A DNA stretch of 63,989 bases, filler included, from a bacterium (GTDB lineage: Bacteria > UBA9089 > CG2-30-40-21 > SBAY01): the NCBI GenBank assembly GCA_040757115.1. It is 5 parts of 5 records of this genome, joined end to end, with 100 filler letters (N's around TTAATTAATTAA, not from the genome) between each part and the next. Parts side by side here need not be neighbours in the genome. Positions count along the whole stretch, not along the records: positions 1 to 26,595 come from JBFLYA010000030.1; 4 more parts are not named here. One strand, given 5' to 3'. A program made the translations under genes and the position numbers. Position 1 is the stretch's first letter. Each line of letters starts with the position of its first letter. Shown one piece after another: positions 10,346-19,125 of the stretch. A model generated the notes under the pieces. That model did no database searches, was not told the DNA's origin, and saw only the letters and a list, made by a program, of their open reading frames with translations.

Positions 10346-10740
10346 AACTACTTTTGGATACCCATATCTTTCTCTGGTTCATTAGCGGGGACAAACGATT
10401 ACCAGAAGGTATGCGAGATACCATTCGTGATCCTAATAACGAAGTCTACTTGAGTGTTGTGTCGCTATGGGAAGCGATCGTTAAATACCAGATAGGTAAA
10501 CTTTCCTTGCCTCAACCACCAAATGTCTATTTACCAATCCAACGCCAAAAACACCAAATAGATAGTTTATCTCTGGATGAAGCCAGTGTGTCTCAACTTG
10601 CTAATCTTGCTAAAATTCACCATGACCCATTTGATCGTATGCTGATTTGTCAAGCAATGGAACACGGTTTAACAATTGTTAGAGTAGATGATACCATTTG
10701 TAATTATTCTGTTTCTGTTCTAAACCGCATCTTAAAGTAG
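10342..10740 (+). CDS. vapC: VapC/PIN toxin
   Basis: LLLDTHIFLW, SLWE, HHDPFDRMLICQA. Confidence 0.9.
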   Translation: MKLLLDTHIFLWFISGDKRLPEGMRDTIRDPNNEVYLSVVSLWEAIVKYQIGKLSLPQPPNVYLPIQRQKHQIDSLSLDEASVSQLANLAKIHHDPFDRMLICQAMEHGLTIVRVDDTICNYSVSVLNRILK

Positions 10741-10903
10741 ACTTAAATCTGATTTTGATGATGTTTTGCTTATGAATTTGGGTGTTATCTGGTTTCTGGA
10801 TAACATCCCAAATGGGGAGATATGAAGGGCAAACCATGAATGTGGAATGCACAATAATTCGGTGAGGCAGAGGAAAAGGAAAAGACAGCGAATCAAAGCT
10901 TTT

Positions 10904-11035
10904 GTCTAACCCTGCATTGCAGTTGACGGCGGGGGACTCTGCCGTGGTCAAAGTTTTGTGGTCTCTCAAAGTTTTATCTTGCTATCAAACTTTTGTGGTA
11001 ATTCTCCCCGCCGCACCTGAACTTTATCGTTAAGC
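10904..11035 (+). repeat. attC
   Basis: GTCTAAC...GTTAAGC. Confidence 0.9.
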
Positions 11036-11098
11036 GGCACGCCCGAGGAGGGAGCAGATGAAAAAAATAGAAGAGATTGAGCAGATATTAAAAGATAA

Positions 11099-11266
11099 GG
11101 TAGGGAGTAGGGTCGGGTAGGGAGTAGGGTCGNNNNNNNNNNNNNNNNNNNNNNNNNNNNNNNNNNNNNNNNNNNNNNNNNNNNNNNNNNNNNNNNNNNN
11201 NNNNNNNNNNNNNNNNNNNNNNNNNNNNNNNNGGTAGGGAGTAGGGTCGGGTAGGGAGTAGGGTCG
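11099..11266 (+). repeat. G-rich 17-bp tandem repeat GGTAGGGAGTAGGGTCG spanning a scaffold gap
   Basis: Two units visible on each side of the N run. Confidence 0.8.
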
Positions 11267-11350
11267 CATCTTGAATTGTGAATTGGTATTCTGAAATAAG
11301 ATACTTTAGCCAGCAAGGAGAAAAGAAAAAAGACGGCAGTGTGCAGCTTT

Positions 11351-11486
11351 TTCTAACCATTCGCTGCACCTGACTGCGAGGGGCTGTGGCGTGATTGAAA
11401 TAGTTTTGTGCTTTATCAAAGTTTTAACCTAGTTATAAAGTTTAGTGGTAATTTCCCCTCGCAGCAGGTGAGCTCAATCGTTAGCC
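11351..11486 (+). repeat. attC
   Basis: TTCTAAC...GTTAGCC. Confidence 0.9.
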
Positions 11487-11572
11487 GGATACCAACTTAC
11501 TATTTATGCTTAAGAAGAAAACTGGACTATGCTATCACAGAATTTGAACTTGTTGATTGAATGAGGTGGACG

Positions 11573-11782
11573 ATGAATGCTATAGAATTTCAAACCACAG
11601 TCAAGAACAATATCATTGAGATTCCTCACAGATACCTCAGCAATCTCACGAAGCGCGTGCGTGTGATCTTGCTGGTTGAAGGAAACAAACCTGCTGTGAA
11701 TTTCATTGATGAATTACTTGCACATCCTGTGCAAGTAAAAGGTTTTCGTTCTTTAACGAGAGAAGAAGTCTATGCCAGATAA
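11573..11782 (+). CDS. Putative antitoxin upstream of PIN toxin
   Basis: MNAIEFQTTVKNNIIEIP..LTREEVYAR; overlaps PIN gene. Confidence 0.7.
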   Translation: MNAIEFQTTVKNNIIEIPHRYLSNLTKRVRVILLVEGNKPAVNFIDELLAHPVQVKGFRSLTREEVYAR

Positions 11783-12200
11783 CGAACGCACAACTTGCTT
11801 CATTGATACGAATATCTGGCTATATGCCTTTATCGAAGGGGATGACTCAACCAAATCGGGAATAGCACGCGCGCTGATTCAAGAAACGGCACCTATGCTT
11901 AGTACACAGGTGATCAACGAAGTATGTGTCAACTTGCTGAAGCAAGCCAACTTTACCGAAGAACAAGTATGCCAACTCATCGAGTCGTTCTATGAGAAAT
12001 ACGTCGTTACTGAGTTAAACAAGTCAGTGCTATTGACTGCGTCGCAACTTCGCCAGCAGTATTCCTTGTCCTTTTGGGACAGCACGATTATAGCAAGTGC
12101 ACTCAGTGTGGGTGTTCCCATTCTATATTCCGAAGACTTGCAAGAGGGATTAATTATTGAAAGGCGACTTAAGGTGCTCAATCCATTCGGACAGAGATAG
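11772..12200 (+). CDS. PIN-domain toxin
   Basis: FIDTNIWLY, STQVINE, SFWDSTII, LYSEDLQ. Confidence 0.88.
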   Translation: MPDNERTTCFIDTNIWLYAFIEGDDSTKSGIARALIQETAPMLSTQVINEVCVNLLKQANFTEEQVCQLIESFYEKYVVTELNKSVLLTASQLRQQYSLSFWDSTIIASALSVGVPILYSEDLQEGLIIERRLKVLNPFGQR

Positions 12201-12292
12201 TTGGAGATATTTTACGGTCAAACCGTGAATGTGGAATGCACAATAATTTGGTGAGGCAGAGGAAAAGGAAAAGACAGCGAATCAAAGCTTTT

Positions 12293-12424
12293 GTCTAACC
12301 CTGCGTTGCAGTTGACGGCGGGGGACTGTGCCGTGGTCAGAGTTTTGTGGTCTCTCAAAGTTTTATCTTGCTATCAAACTTTTGTGGTAATTCTCCCCGC
12401 CGCACCTGAACTTTATCGTTAGAC
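12293..12424 (+). repeat. attC
   Basis: GTCTAAC...GTTAGAC. Confidence 0.9.
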
Positions 12425-12497
12425 ATAAGGTGGAGCGTATTATCGCGAATATCAAATCGAGATATCCACATTCCATAGAAATGAAAGGGAAAGGTCA

Positions 12498-12782
12498 ATG
12501 CATATCATTACTCGAAAACGGTTGAATGAATTTGCAGAGAAACATCCTGATGCCAAGTTGGTTCTTCAACATTGGTATGGTTTGATGAAATCGGGACGGT
12601 TTCGTTCGTTTCCAGAATTGCGTGCAGTCTTTCAGGACGCTGACCAGATAGGAAAATTGACCGTTTTTAATATTGGCCGCAAAGTGCGTCTAATTGCAGC
12701 TATCCATTACAATCGACAGAAGGTTTACATTCGTGCTGTATTAACGCACGACGAGTATAATAAAGGCTTATGGAAGGAGTAA
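12498..12782 (+). CDS. higB: HigB-family toxin
   Basis: MHIITRKRLNEF..TVFNIG..RLIAAIHY..LTHDEY. Confidence 0.88.
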   Translation: MHIITRKRLNEFAEKHPDAKLVLQHWYGLMKSGRFRSFPELRAVFQDADQIGKLTVFNIGRKVRLIAAIHYNRQKVYIRAVLTHDEYNKGLWKE

Positions 12783-12785
12783 CCC

Positions 12786-13013
12786 ATGATGGTAGAAGTA
12801 CAAACAGCGGAACGCGTCTGGCCAACACTCGCACCAGTCGTATTTGCTCCGCATACGGAGAGTGAATATCAACGACTTGTGGCTTTACTTGATGCTTTGA
12901 TTGATGTGGTAGGTGAGAATGAAAGTCATCCCCTATCCTCGTTGATGGAAGTGATTGGTGTGCTGATTGAAAAGTATGAGGACGAACATGTCCCAGAACT
13001 GACAGAGATATAG
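12786..13013 (+). CDS. Short HigA-like antitoxin (N-terminal domain only)
   Basis: EYQRLVALLDALID..HPLSSLMEVIGVLIEKYE; no HTH follows. Confidence 0.75.
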   Translation: MMVEVQTAERVWPTLAPVVFAPHTESEYQRLVALLDALIDVVGENESHPLSSLMEVIGVLIEKYEDEHVPELTEI

Positions 13014-13046
13014 CCATTGAATCATTTGTAGAGAATAGCAAGAGAA

Positions 13047-13178
13047 TTCTAACCAGTCGTTGCATCGGACGGCGGGGGAGCTAACCACTTCTCAAAGTTT
13101 TGTGGTTGACCAAAGTTTTGTTGTGTATATAAAGTTTAGTGGCAATTCTCCCCGCCGCCGCTGAACTCAGCGTTAGAC
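13047..13178 (+). repeat. attC
   Basis: TTCTAAC...GTTAGAC. Confidence 0.88.
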
Positions 13179-13220
13179 AAATAGAATATTAACACTCAAG
13201 ATGAATTGGTAAAATGAAAT

Positions 13221-13517
13221 ATGTTATTATTTGAGTGGGATCCAAGAAAAGCAATTAAGAATATAAATGTCCATGGTATATCTTTTGATGAAGCCAGCAC
13301 AACTTTTAGCGATACACTATCATTAACAATCTATGATCCGTTACATTCTGAGCAAGAAGACAGATTTATTTTAATTGGGAATTCACTTAAACATCGTGTG
13401 TTAGTAACTGTTCATACAGAAAGAGGGGATAAAATTAGAATAATAAGCTCGAGAAAGGCAACAGAAAATGAAAGGAGACAATATGAAGAGAATGCAAAAA
13501 GATCGGGATATGCTTGA
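13221..13517 (+). CDS. brnT: BrnT-family toxin
   Basis: FEWDPRK..HGISFDEA..EDRF..IRIISSRKATENER. Confidence 0.9.
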   Translation: MLLFEWDPRKAIKNINVHGISFDEASTTFSDTLSLTIYDPLHSEQEDRFILIGNSLKHRVLVTVHTERGDKIRIISSRKATENERRQYEENAKRSGYA

Positions 13518-13692
13518 AGAATATGATTTCAGCAAAGGTATTCAGGGAAAATACGTAAAAAAATACTGCGAAGGGACAAATGTTGTAGTTATTGATACTG
13601 ATGTTATCAAATTTTTCCCTGACCATGAATCTGTAAATCAAGCATTAAGATCATTAATTGATATTATTAAGAGACAAAAACAATATGCTTAA
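13483..13692 (+). CDS. BrnA-like antitoxin
   Basis: DMLEEYDFSKGIQGKY..FPDHESVNQALR. Confidence 0.8.
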   Translation: MKRMQKDRDMLEEYDFSKGIQGKYVKKYCEGTNVVVIDTDVIKFFPDHESVNQALRSLIDIIKRQKQYA

Positions 13693-13818
13693 TCACTCGC
13701 TGCACCTGACTACGGGGGGCTGTGCCGTAATTAGAGTTTTGTGGTATCTCAAGCTTTTATCTTGTTTACAAAGTTTGGTGGCAATTCTCCCTGCCGCCGC
13801 TGAACTCAATTGGTAGAA
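13687..13818 (+). repeat. attC, degenerate cores
   Basis: Resident-family body with GCTTAAT and GGTAGAA ends. Confidence 0.8.
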
Positions 13819-13828
13819 CTAAAATATT

Positions 13829-14350
13829 ATGGGATACAATCTGTATCTGGTAAAAAAAGAAAATTGGTTTGATAAGGAGAATGTATTTACCCAAACCGAA
13901 TGGGAAGATATTCAAAAATATCAGATATCGAATTGGCTTTATTTTGATGAAGGGACAATTACAATTAAAAATCCTTCGAAAGAACAAGTAATAGATTTTG
14001 TCAAGATGGCAAAAAGATATAATTGGTTCGTTCAAGGCGACGATGGCGAAAAATATTCAGAAGATGGCTCGCCTATTTATGAGAAACCTAAAAAATCTGG
14101 ACTATTTGGGGGAATTAGATATCTTATATCAGAGTTATTGGCAAAAAAGAAAATCGAACATTCAATGAAAAGTGTAACTTGCCCTTTTAAAGTCGGAGAT
14201 AAAGTAAAAACGACACACAGAACGGGTGGTGTTGTTATTGACATAGATCCAAAAGCAAATCATGGCTTAGGCAGTATCAAGGTAAAGTTTCCTGATGGAG
14301 TTGTCTTAGGGGGAACTTTTATTGCTCACGGTTTTGAAAAAGAGTTCTAA
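13829..14350 (+). CDS. Hypothetical cassette protein
   Basis: ORF fills the cassette; stop codon in attC. Confidence 0.7.
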   Translation: MGYNLYLVKKENWFDKENVFTQTEWEDIQKYQISNWLYFDEGTITIKNPSKEQVIDFVKMAKRYNWFVQGDDGEKYSEDGSPIYEKPKKSGLFGGIRYLISELLAKKKIEHSMKSVTCPFKVGDKVKTTHRTGGVVIDIDPKANHGLGSIKVKFPDGVVLGGTFIAHGFEKEF

Positions 14351-14405
14351 CAACTCGCTGCAGCCGACATAGCTTACGCTCGGTGGCTGAGCTCGGTCGT
14401 TAGGT
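14345..14405 (+). repeat. attC (short foreign type, 61 bp)
   Basis: TTCTAAC..GCAGCCGAC..CGGTGGCTGAGC..GTTAGGT. Confidence 0.85.
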
Positions 14406-14426
14406 CTGAAAAATTGGAGGATAGTC

Positions 14427-14642
14427 ATGAATACATTGACATATGATAATTTAATTGACACTGTAAAATCATTATCAATTGAAGAAAAAGAGGAACTTAA
14501 ATTTTTGATGGAGAGGTATCTTATAGAGGAACGGAGAGAAGAAATCTATAAAAATTATCAAAATAGCTTGAAAGAAGCTGAAAAAGGGAAGTTAGAATTT
14601 TCAAGTAATGTCCGCAAACTAAGGAAAATGGTAGAAAAGTGA
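14427..14642 (+). CDS. Putative antitoxin
   Basis: Small acidic ORF overlapping a RelE-like gene. Confidence 0.7.
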   Translation: MNTLTYDNLIDTVKSLSIEEKEELKFLMERYLIEERREEIYKNYQNSLKEAEKGKLEFSSNVRKLRKMVEK

Positions 14643-14908
14643 TAGAAATCAGTTTTAGTTCTTCTTTTAAAAGAGCGTATAAGAAAAGGATTAAATGGTC
14701 TGATGAGTTAGAACGGAAATTTTGGGAAAGAGTAGAGATGTTTACAAAAGCTCCTTTTGATAGAATTTTGAAGACACACAAGTTATCAGGAAGACTACAA
14801 GAATTATGGAGTTTTAGTATTGAATACGATGTCCGGGTAATATTTTATTTTGCTGATAGGAATAGGGTGGTATTTGTAGATATAGGAAAACATGATGAAG
14901 TTTATTGA
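14639..14908 (+). CDS. RelE/YafQ-superfamily toxin
   Basis: SSFKRAYKK..LKTHKLSG..WSFSIEYDVRVIF..DIGKHDEVY. Confidence 0.85.
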   Translation: MIEISFSSSFKRAYKKRIKWSDELERKFWERVEMFTKAPFDRILKTHKLSGRLQELWSFSIEYDVRVIFYFADRNRVVFVDIGKHDEVY

Positions 14909-15040
14909 CCTAACAATTCGTTGCAGCGGACGGCGGGGGACTGTGCTGTAATTGAGAGTTTTGTAGTATATCAATAGGTAATCGTGCTTACAAAGTTTGG
15001 TGGCAATTCTCCCTGCCGCCGCTGAACTCAATTGTTAGGC
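14908..15040 (+). repeat. attC
   Basis: ACCTAAC...GTTAGGC. Confidence 0.9.
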
Positions 15041-15057
15041 AGATAGGAGACAACGGG

Positions 15058-15312
15058 ATGATACCCATACAATGTAAGAAATGCGGACATATTCAAGATG
15101 CTGGGAGTACCTTGTCACCCAATGACACCTGTGAACGATGCGGTACACCCATCTACGGACCCAGAGCTCACAATCCAACAACTATGGCAATTCTCGCCGT
15201 AGTAACAGTGATTGGTGCCGCGATACTGGGTATGCCCAAGAACTTCCTGCTCATAGTCGGTATCTTGGCTGCCTTCTTGGTGATCAACGCAGTCATAAGG
15301 CGAAAGAGGTGA
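15058..15312 (+). CDS. Zinc-ribbon + 2TM small protein
   Basis: CKKCGH..CERCG followed by hydrophobic helices. Confidence 0.6.
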   Translation: MIPIQCKKCGHIQDAGSTLSPNDTCERCGTPIYGPRAHNPTTMAILAVVTVIGAAILGMPKNFLLIVGILAAFLVINAVIRRKR

Positions 15313-15315
15313 GAC

Positions 15316-15672
15316 ATGGGGACAGTCGTATTTCTCGTCGCCATTATAGTCGGTGCTGTGATATCCGCAATCTTTTACTGGCTTTTCCCCTTTGAGCCGC
15401 CTATTCAGAAGTGCGAAACATGCTTTCACCAAATGCAGGTCCTTAAGTTCACAGGCAGAGGTGGAGTGATGCTTTTGCGGGAAGAAATGGTCTCCGGCAT
15501 CGGCTATGCGGAACAATGTTGGGAGTGTGGCAGGGTGTATTGTGCCGAGTGCTATCCTTCGCGTCCGCGGAACACTTGTGTTTGCGGACGGGGGAGGGAC
15601 GCTGTGCGTCATATCGGAGGCACAGTCTATCGAGGTTCATTACGGCTTGTGAAAGTCCGATACATCAATTAA
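15316..15672 (+). CDS. TM-anchored Cys-rich protein
   Basis: N-terminal TM; CETC, CWECGRVYCAEC, CVC. Confidence 0.6.
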   Translation: MGTVVFLVAIIVGAVISAIFYWLFPFEPPIQKCETCFHQMQVLKFTGRGGVMLLREEMVSGIGYAEQCWECGRVYCAECYPSRPRNTCVCGRGRDAVRHIGGTVYRGSLRLVKVRYIN

Positions 15673-15761
15673 AGGAGATATTAGGGTCAAACCGTGAATG
15701 TGGAATGCACAATAATTTGGTGAGGCAGAGGAAAAGGAAAAGACAGCGAATCAAAGCTTTT

Positions 15762-15893
15762 GTCTAACCCTGCGTTGCAGTTGACGGCGGGGGACTGTGC
15801 CGTGATTGAAAGTTTTATAGTATCTCAAAGGTTAATCGTGCGGACAAAGTTTGGTGGTAATCCTCTCCGCCACCGCTGAACTCAGTGTTAGAC
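15762..15893 (+). repeat. attC
   Basis: GTCTAAC...GTTAGAC. Confidence 0.9.
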
Positions 15894-15948
15894 TAAAAGA
15901 GATTAAACCACGAACGACCCACAAGTGGGTACCCCGGAAGAACACGAA

Positions 15949-16054
15949 GTGAAATTTGATGAAATATCTAATAAAGTTAGCAAATATTAAAGTTGGCTTG
16001 TTGATAAATTTCAATGTAGAAAGTTTGAAAAAAGGCATAAAAAGATTTGTCTTG
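15949..16054 (+). pseudogene. Internally deleted GxxExxY-family gene
   Basis: MKFDEISNKV joined out of frame to KLANIKVGLLINFNVESLKKGIKRFVL; flanked by CACGAA / CTTCGTG inverted arms. Confidence 0.7.
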
Positions 16055-16443
16055 TCCAATCTTCGTGACCTTCGTGCTCTTCGTGATGAATAGTTACATA
16101 AATCTTTTTATTATCTCTAAAATATAAAAGTATTATACCAGACCTTGATTATGTAGAAATAAGAAGAAAAGACGGCGAAGTGGAATTTTTACTTAATCAA
16201 TCGCTGATCCTGACCGTAATACGTCAGTTATTTGGGGGAATGAACATTAACCTGCGGAGGACAGAGCAATGAAAATAGTAGGCAAGTAGGTAGTAGGGAA
16301 GTAGGAAAGGGATAAAGGATGTGCACGGTATTCCTCTTCTGGGGGCAATGTCTCCCCCTTTCCTACTTTCCTACTCTCCTACTTCCTACTTTCAGGAGAA
16401 TCCCCCATTTCAGTGACGCATTACTCCTGACCGATTTTTTCAC

Positions 16444-16472
16444 TTGACAACAAATATCAACAATGATACTAT
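16444..16472 (+). promoter_or_regulatory. Sigma70 promoter of second hicAB
   Basis: TTGACA-17 bp-TACTAT, 6 nt before the ATG. Confidence 0.65.
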
Positions 16473-16478
16473 ATTTAC

Positions 16479-16739
16479 ATGGCAAAGGTTGAAGAAATTA
16501 TTACCCGTATGAAGCGGAATCCTAACGATATCCGATTCAGTGAGTTGTGCAAGGTATGTAATTACTACTTTGGAAAATCTCGTCAGAGTAGTAGTAGTCA
16601 CCGAGTATATAAAACTCCATGGCAAGGTAATCCACGGATTAACATACAAAATAATAAAGGAAAAGCTAAAACATACCAAATAAAACAGGTCATTTTAGCT
16701 ATTGAAAGATTGGAGGTAGAACATGGCCATAAAAAATGA
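16479..16739 (+). CDS. HicA-like toxin
   Basis: NPNDIRFSEL..SSHRVYKTPWQGNPRINIQ..KAKTYQIKQV. Confidence 0.8.
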   Translation: MAKVEEIITRMKRNPNDIRFSELCKVCNYYFGKSRQSSSSHRVYKTPWQGNPRINIQNNKGKAKTYQIKQVILAIERLEVEHGHKK

Positions 16740-17139
16740 TCGTTATACCTATCGAGTAACATGGTCAGAGGATGATAATGAATATGTTGGTTTATGTATA
16801 GAGTTTCCAGGTTTGAGTTGGCTTGCTAAAACTTCTGAAGATGCCTTAAAAGGGATACAGAGATTAGTTGCTGATGTTATAAAAGATATGTTTGAAAATG
16901 GTGAAACTATACCTAATGCAATATCCTGTAAACAGTATAGTGGTAAATTTATGGTACGCGTCCCACCTGAAGTTCATCGGAAGCTTGCAATTAAGGCGGC
17001 AGAATCAGGAGTCAGTTTAAATCGGTTTGCCAGTTCAAAATTAAGTCAAGGAGTTGAATTGAAATCAGACTTTGGTTATGGAATACAGGAAAAATTAGGA
17101 AGGAAGGAAAAAAGACGGCGAAGTGGAATTTTTACTTAA
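16723..17139 (+). CDS. hicB: HicB antitoxin (RHH), C-terminus extended into attC tail
   Basis: EFPGLSW..YSGKFMVRVPPEVHRKLA..GVSLN. Confidence 0.85.
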   Translation: MAIKNDRYTYRVTWSEDDNEYVGLCIEFPGLSWLAKTSEDALKGIQRLVADVIKDMFENGETIPNAISCKQYSGKFMVRVPPEVHRKLAIKAAESGVSLNRFASSKLSQGVELKSDFGYGIQEKLGRKEKRRRSGIFT

Positions 17140-17266
17140 TCAGTCGTTGCAGCGGACGGCGAGGGACTGTGCCGTGATTGAAAGTTTTGTAGTATCTCAA
17201 GGGATAATCATGCGGACAAAGTTTAGTGGCAATCCTCCCCGCCGCACCTGAACTTTATCGTTAGAC
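17134..17266 (+). repeat. attC
   Basis: ACTTAAT...GTTAGAC. Confidence 0.85.
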
Positions 17267-17306
17267 GTATACCACTGGAAGAAAAATGATCTTTAGGAGG
17301 GCTTAA

Positions 17307-18029
17307 GTGAGTTCATTGTTGATTGGAGTAATTGCTTCTTTAATTTCTACTATCATAGGTTACTTAATAGCTAAGGCAGTTCAATATTTGAGAGAATTAA
17401 GACCACTCCAAAAAACTTGGCAGTTTAGAAAGGATGAGCAAATTTGTGTTTTTATAGCGAGTCCTGGAGAAATAGATACAGGTGTCTATAAAAAGAGAAT
17501 TACTACTTTAGGCCATATTTATGGTTTTGCTTATATTTTAAATTCTATTAAAAAGGGATATCCCAATTTAGAAATTAATCATCTATATTTCACCCGAGAC
17601 TCAAAAACCGATAATTTCTCTTCCGAACTCCTTGGGTCAACTGGTATTTGTTTAGGAGGACATAAACATAATTGGGTAACAAAATTATTCCTTGAAGAGA
17701 TACATCCACCAGTTGTGTTCGATGAAAACGATAACTTAATAGACTTACTGAATAAAAAAATATATAAACCTAAAGTAGAAGACGATAGAATATTAGAAGA
17801 TTATGGAATAATTATCAAAACAGTAAATCCCAATAACAGAAGGAACAAGGTCTTCATATTTGCAGGTTGTCATACTTACGGGGTTATTGCTGCAGCCAAA
17901 TTCTTCTACGAAAATCTCCCTAAAATGGAAATAGTTAAGTACAACCAATTCGAAGTTATAGTAAGTGGGAAGGTTATAGGTTCTCATGTATATCAGTTAA
18001 ATAAAATAGACCAGCATATAATAGATTGA
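17307..18029 (+). CDS. N-terminal TM protein with uncharacterised alpha/beta domain
   Basis: RBS AGGAGG; TM helix; ICLGGxxxN, DYGIIIKxxNP, VFIFAGxHxYG. Confidence 0.7.
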   Translation: MSSLLIGVIASLISTIIGYLIAKAVQYLRELRPLQKTWQFRKDEQICVFIASPGEIDTGVYKKRITTLGHIYGFAYILNSIKKGYPNLEINHLYFTRDSKTDNFSSELLGSTGICLGGHKHNWVTKLFLEEIHPPVVFDENDNLIDLLNKKIYKPKVEDDRILEDYGIIIKTVNPNNRRNKVFIFAGCHTYGVIAAAKFFYENLPKMEIVKYNQFEVIVSGKVIGSHVYQLNKIDQHIID

Positions 18030-18041
18030 GGGAGGTTATTA

Positions 18042-18752
18042 ATGGAAAAAGTTATATTATTTGATATTGGAAAAACTTTAATTGATGGAGATGCTATTAT
18101 TAATGGAGCGTTAGAACACTCTGCTAAGAAATTGAAAAAGTTAAAATTCATCGATGATGAGGAAAAATTTATTATAGCCTATTTAGAGGCAGACAAAGAT
18201 ACTACTTTTGCCCATATACATCATACTTACTCAGATTTTGAAATAATAAAAAAAGCATGGAAAAATCTTGGTCGTGAGGATAACTACAAAGTTTATGCTA
18301 ATTTTCTCCTTGAATATAGAAATTATGTAAGGAGCAAAATTAAACCTGATTCAAAGATTTTAAAAACATTCCAACATTTACAGAATAAGAAGATGTTGCT
18401 TGGAATTGCTTCAGATGGTACTATCGTAGAACAGTTAGAAACTCTTGTGCGATTAAGAATAATTTCATATTTAGAACCCAACTTAATTTTCGTGTCTGAA
18501 GATATTGGAGTTGAAAAAACCAATAAAGATTTCTATAAATATATTCTCCAAAAGAATGGTAATCCAAATAGAAGAATGGTTATAGTTGGAGATAGACTTG
18601 AAGCTGATATTCTTATACCAAAGCAATTAGGATTTAAAACAGTGCTGGTTCTCAAATATGCAAAATATATAGAAGAAAAAATTAAATATGTAAACCCTGA
18701 TTTTGTAATAAATGACATTCCTGAGATGGAAAGAATTGCTGATTTAATATGA
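18042..18752 (+). CDS. HAD-family hydrolase
   Basis: ILFDIGKTLID, SDG, EK, VGDRLEADI. Confidence 0.85.
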   Translation: MEKVILFDIGKTLIDGDAIINGALEHSAKKLKKLKFIDDEEKFIIAYLEADKDTTFAHIHHTYSDFEIIKKAWKNLGREDNYKVYANFLLEYRNYVRSKIKPDSKILKTFQHLQNKKMLLGIASDGTIVEQLETLVRLRIISYLEPNLIFVSEDIGVEKTNKDFYKYILQKNGNPNRRMVIVGDRLEADILIPKQLGFKTVLVLKYAKYIEEKIKYVNPDFVINDIPEMERIADLI

Positions 18753-18836
18753 GATTTGAGTTATATGGCGTCTAACAAAAAAATGAACCAGACGAGGATA
18801 GTGACGGGGTCGGATAGTGCCGGGGTCAGACCTCGA

Positions 18837-19089
18837 GTGAGTGTTGACAAGAAAAACTACATTTTGTTTGACGATGAACAAATTTTAGTGTATGTATAAC
18901 TCTATTAAAATAAAGCAATTAAGAAATTAGGTATAAACTTACATGGAGTATTCACTAATTCATATCATAAGATTTTGATCATAAATGAAAAAGTGGAGTA
19001 TCTTTACATCTATATTCAATCTATTGTTTTTCAATGGGTTATGCAATATTCATCAAATTATATAGATGAAAAGATTTGTCAACACTCAC
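18837..19089. mobile_element. MITE with GTGAGTGTTGACAA terminal IRs, flanked by TCGA
   Basis: Perfect IR at 18833-18850 and 19076-19093; AT-rich non-coding interior. Confidence 0.75.
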
Positions 19090-19125
19090 TCGAAAGCAGA
19101 ATTAACTCAGCAAAATGCAGCTTTT

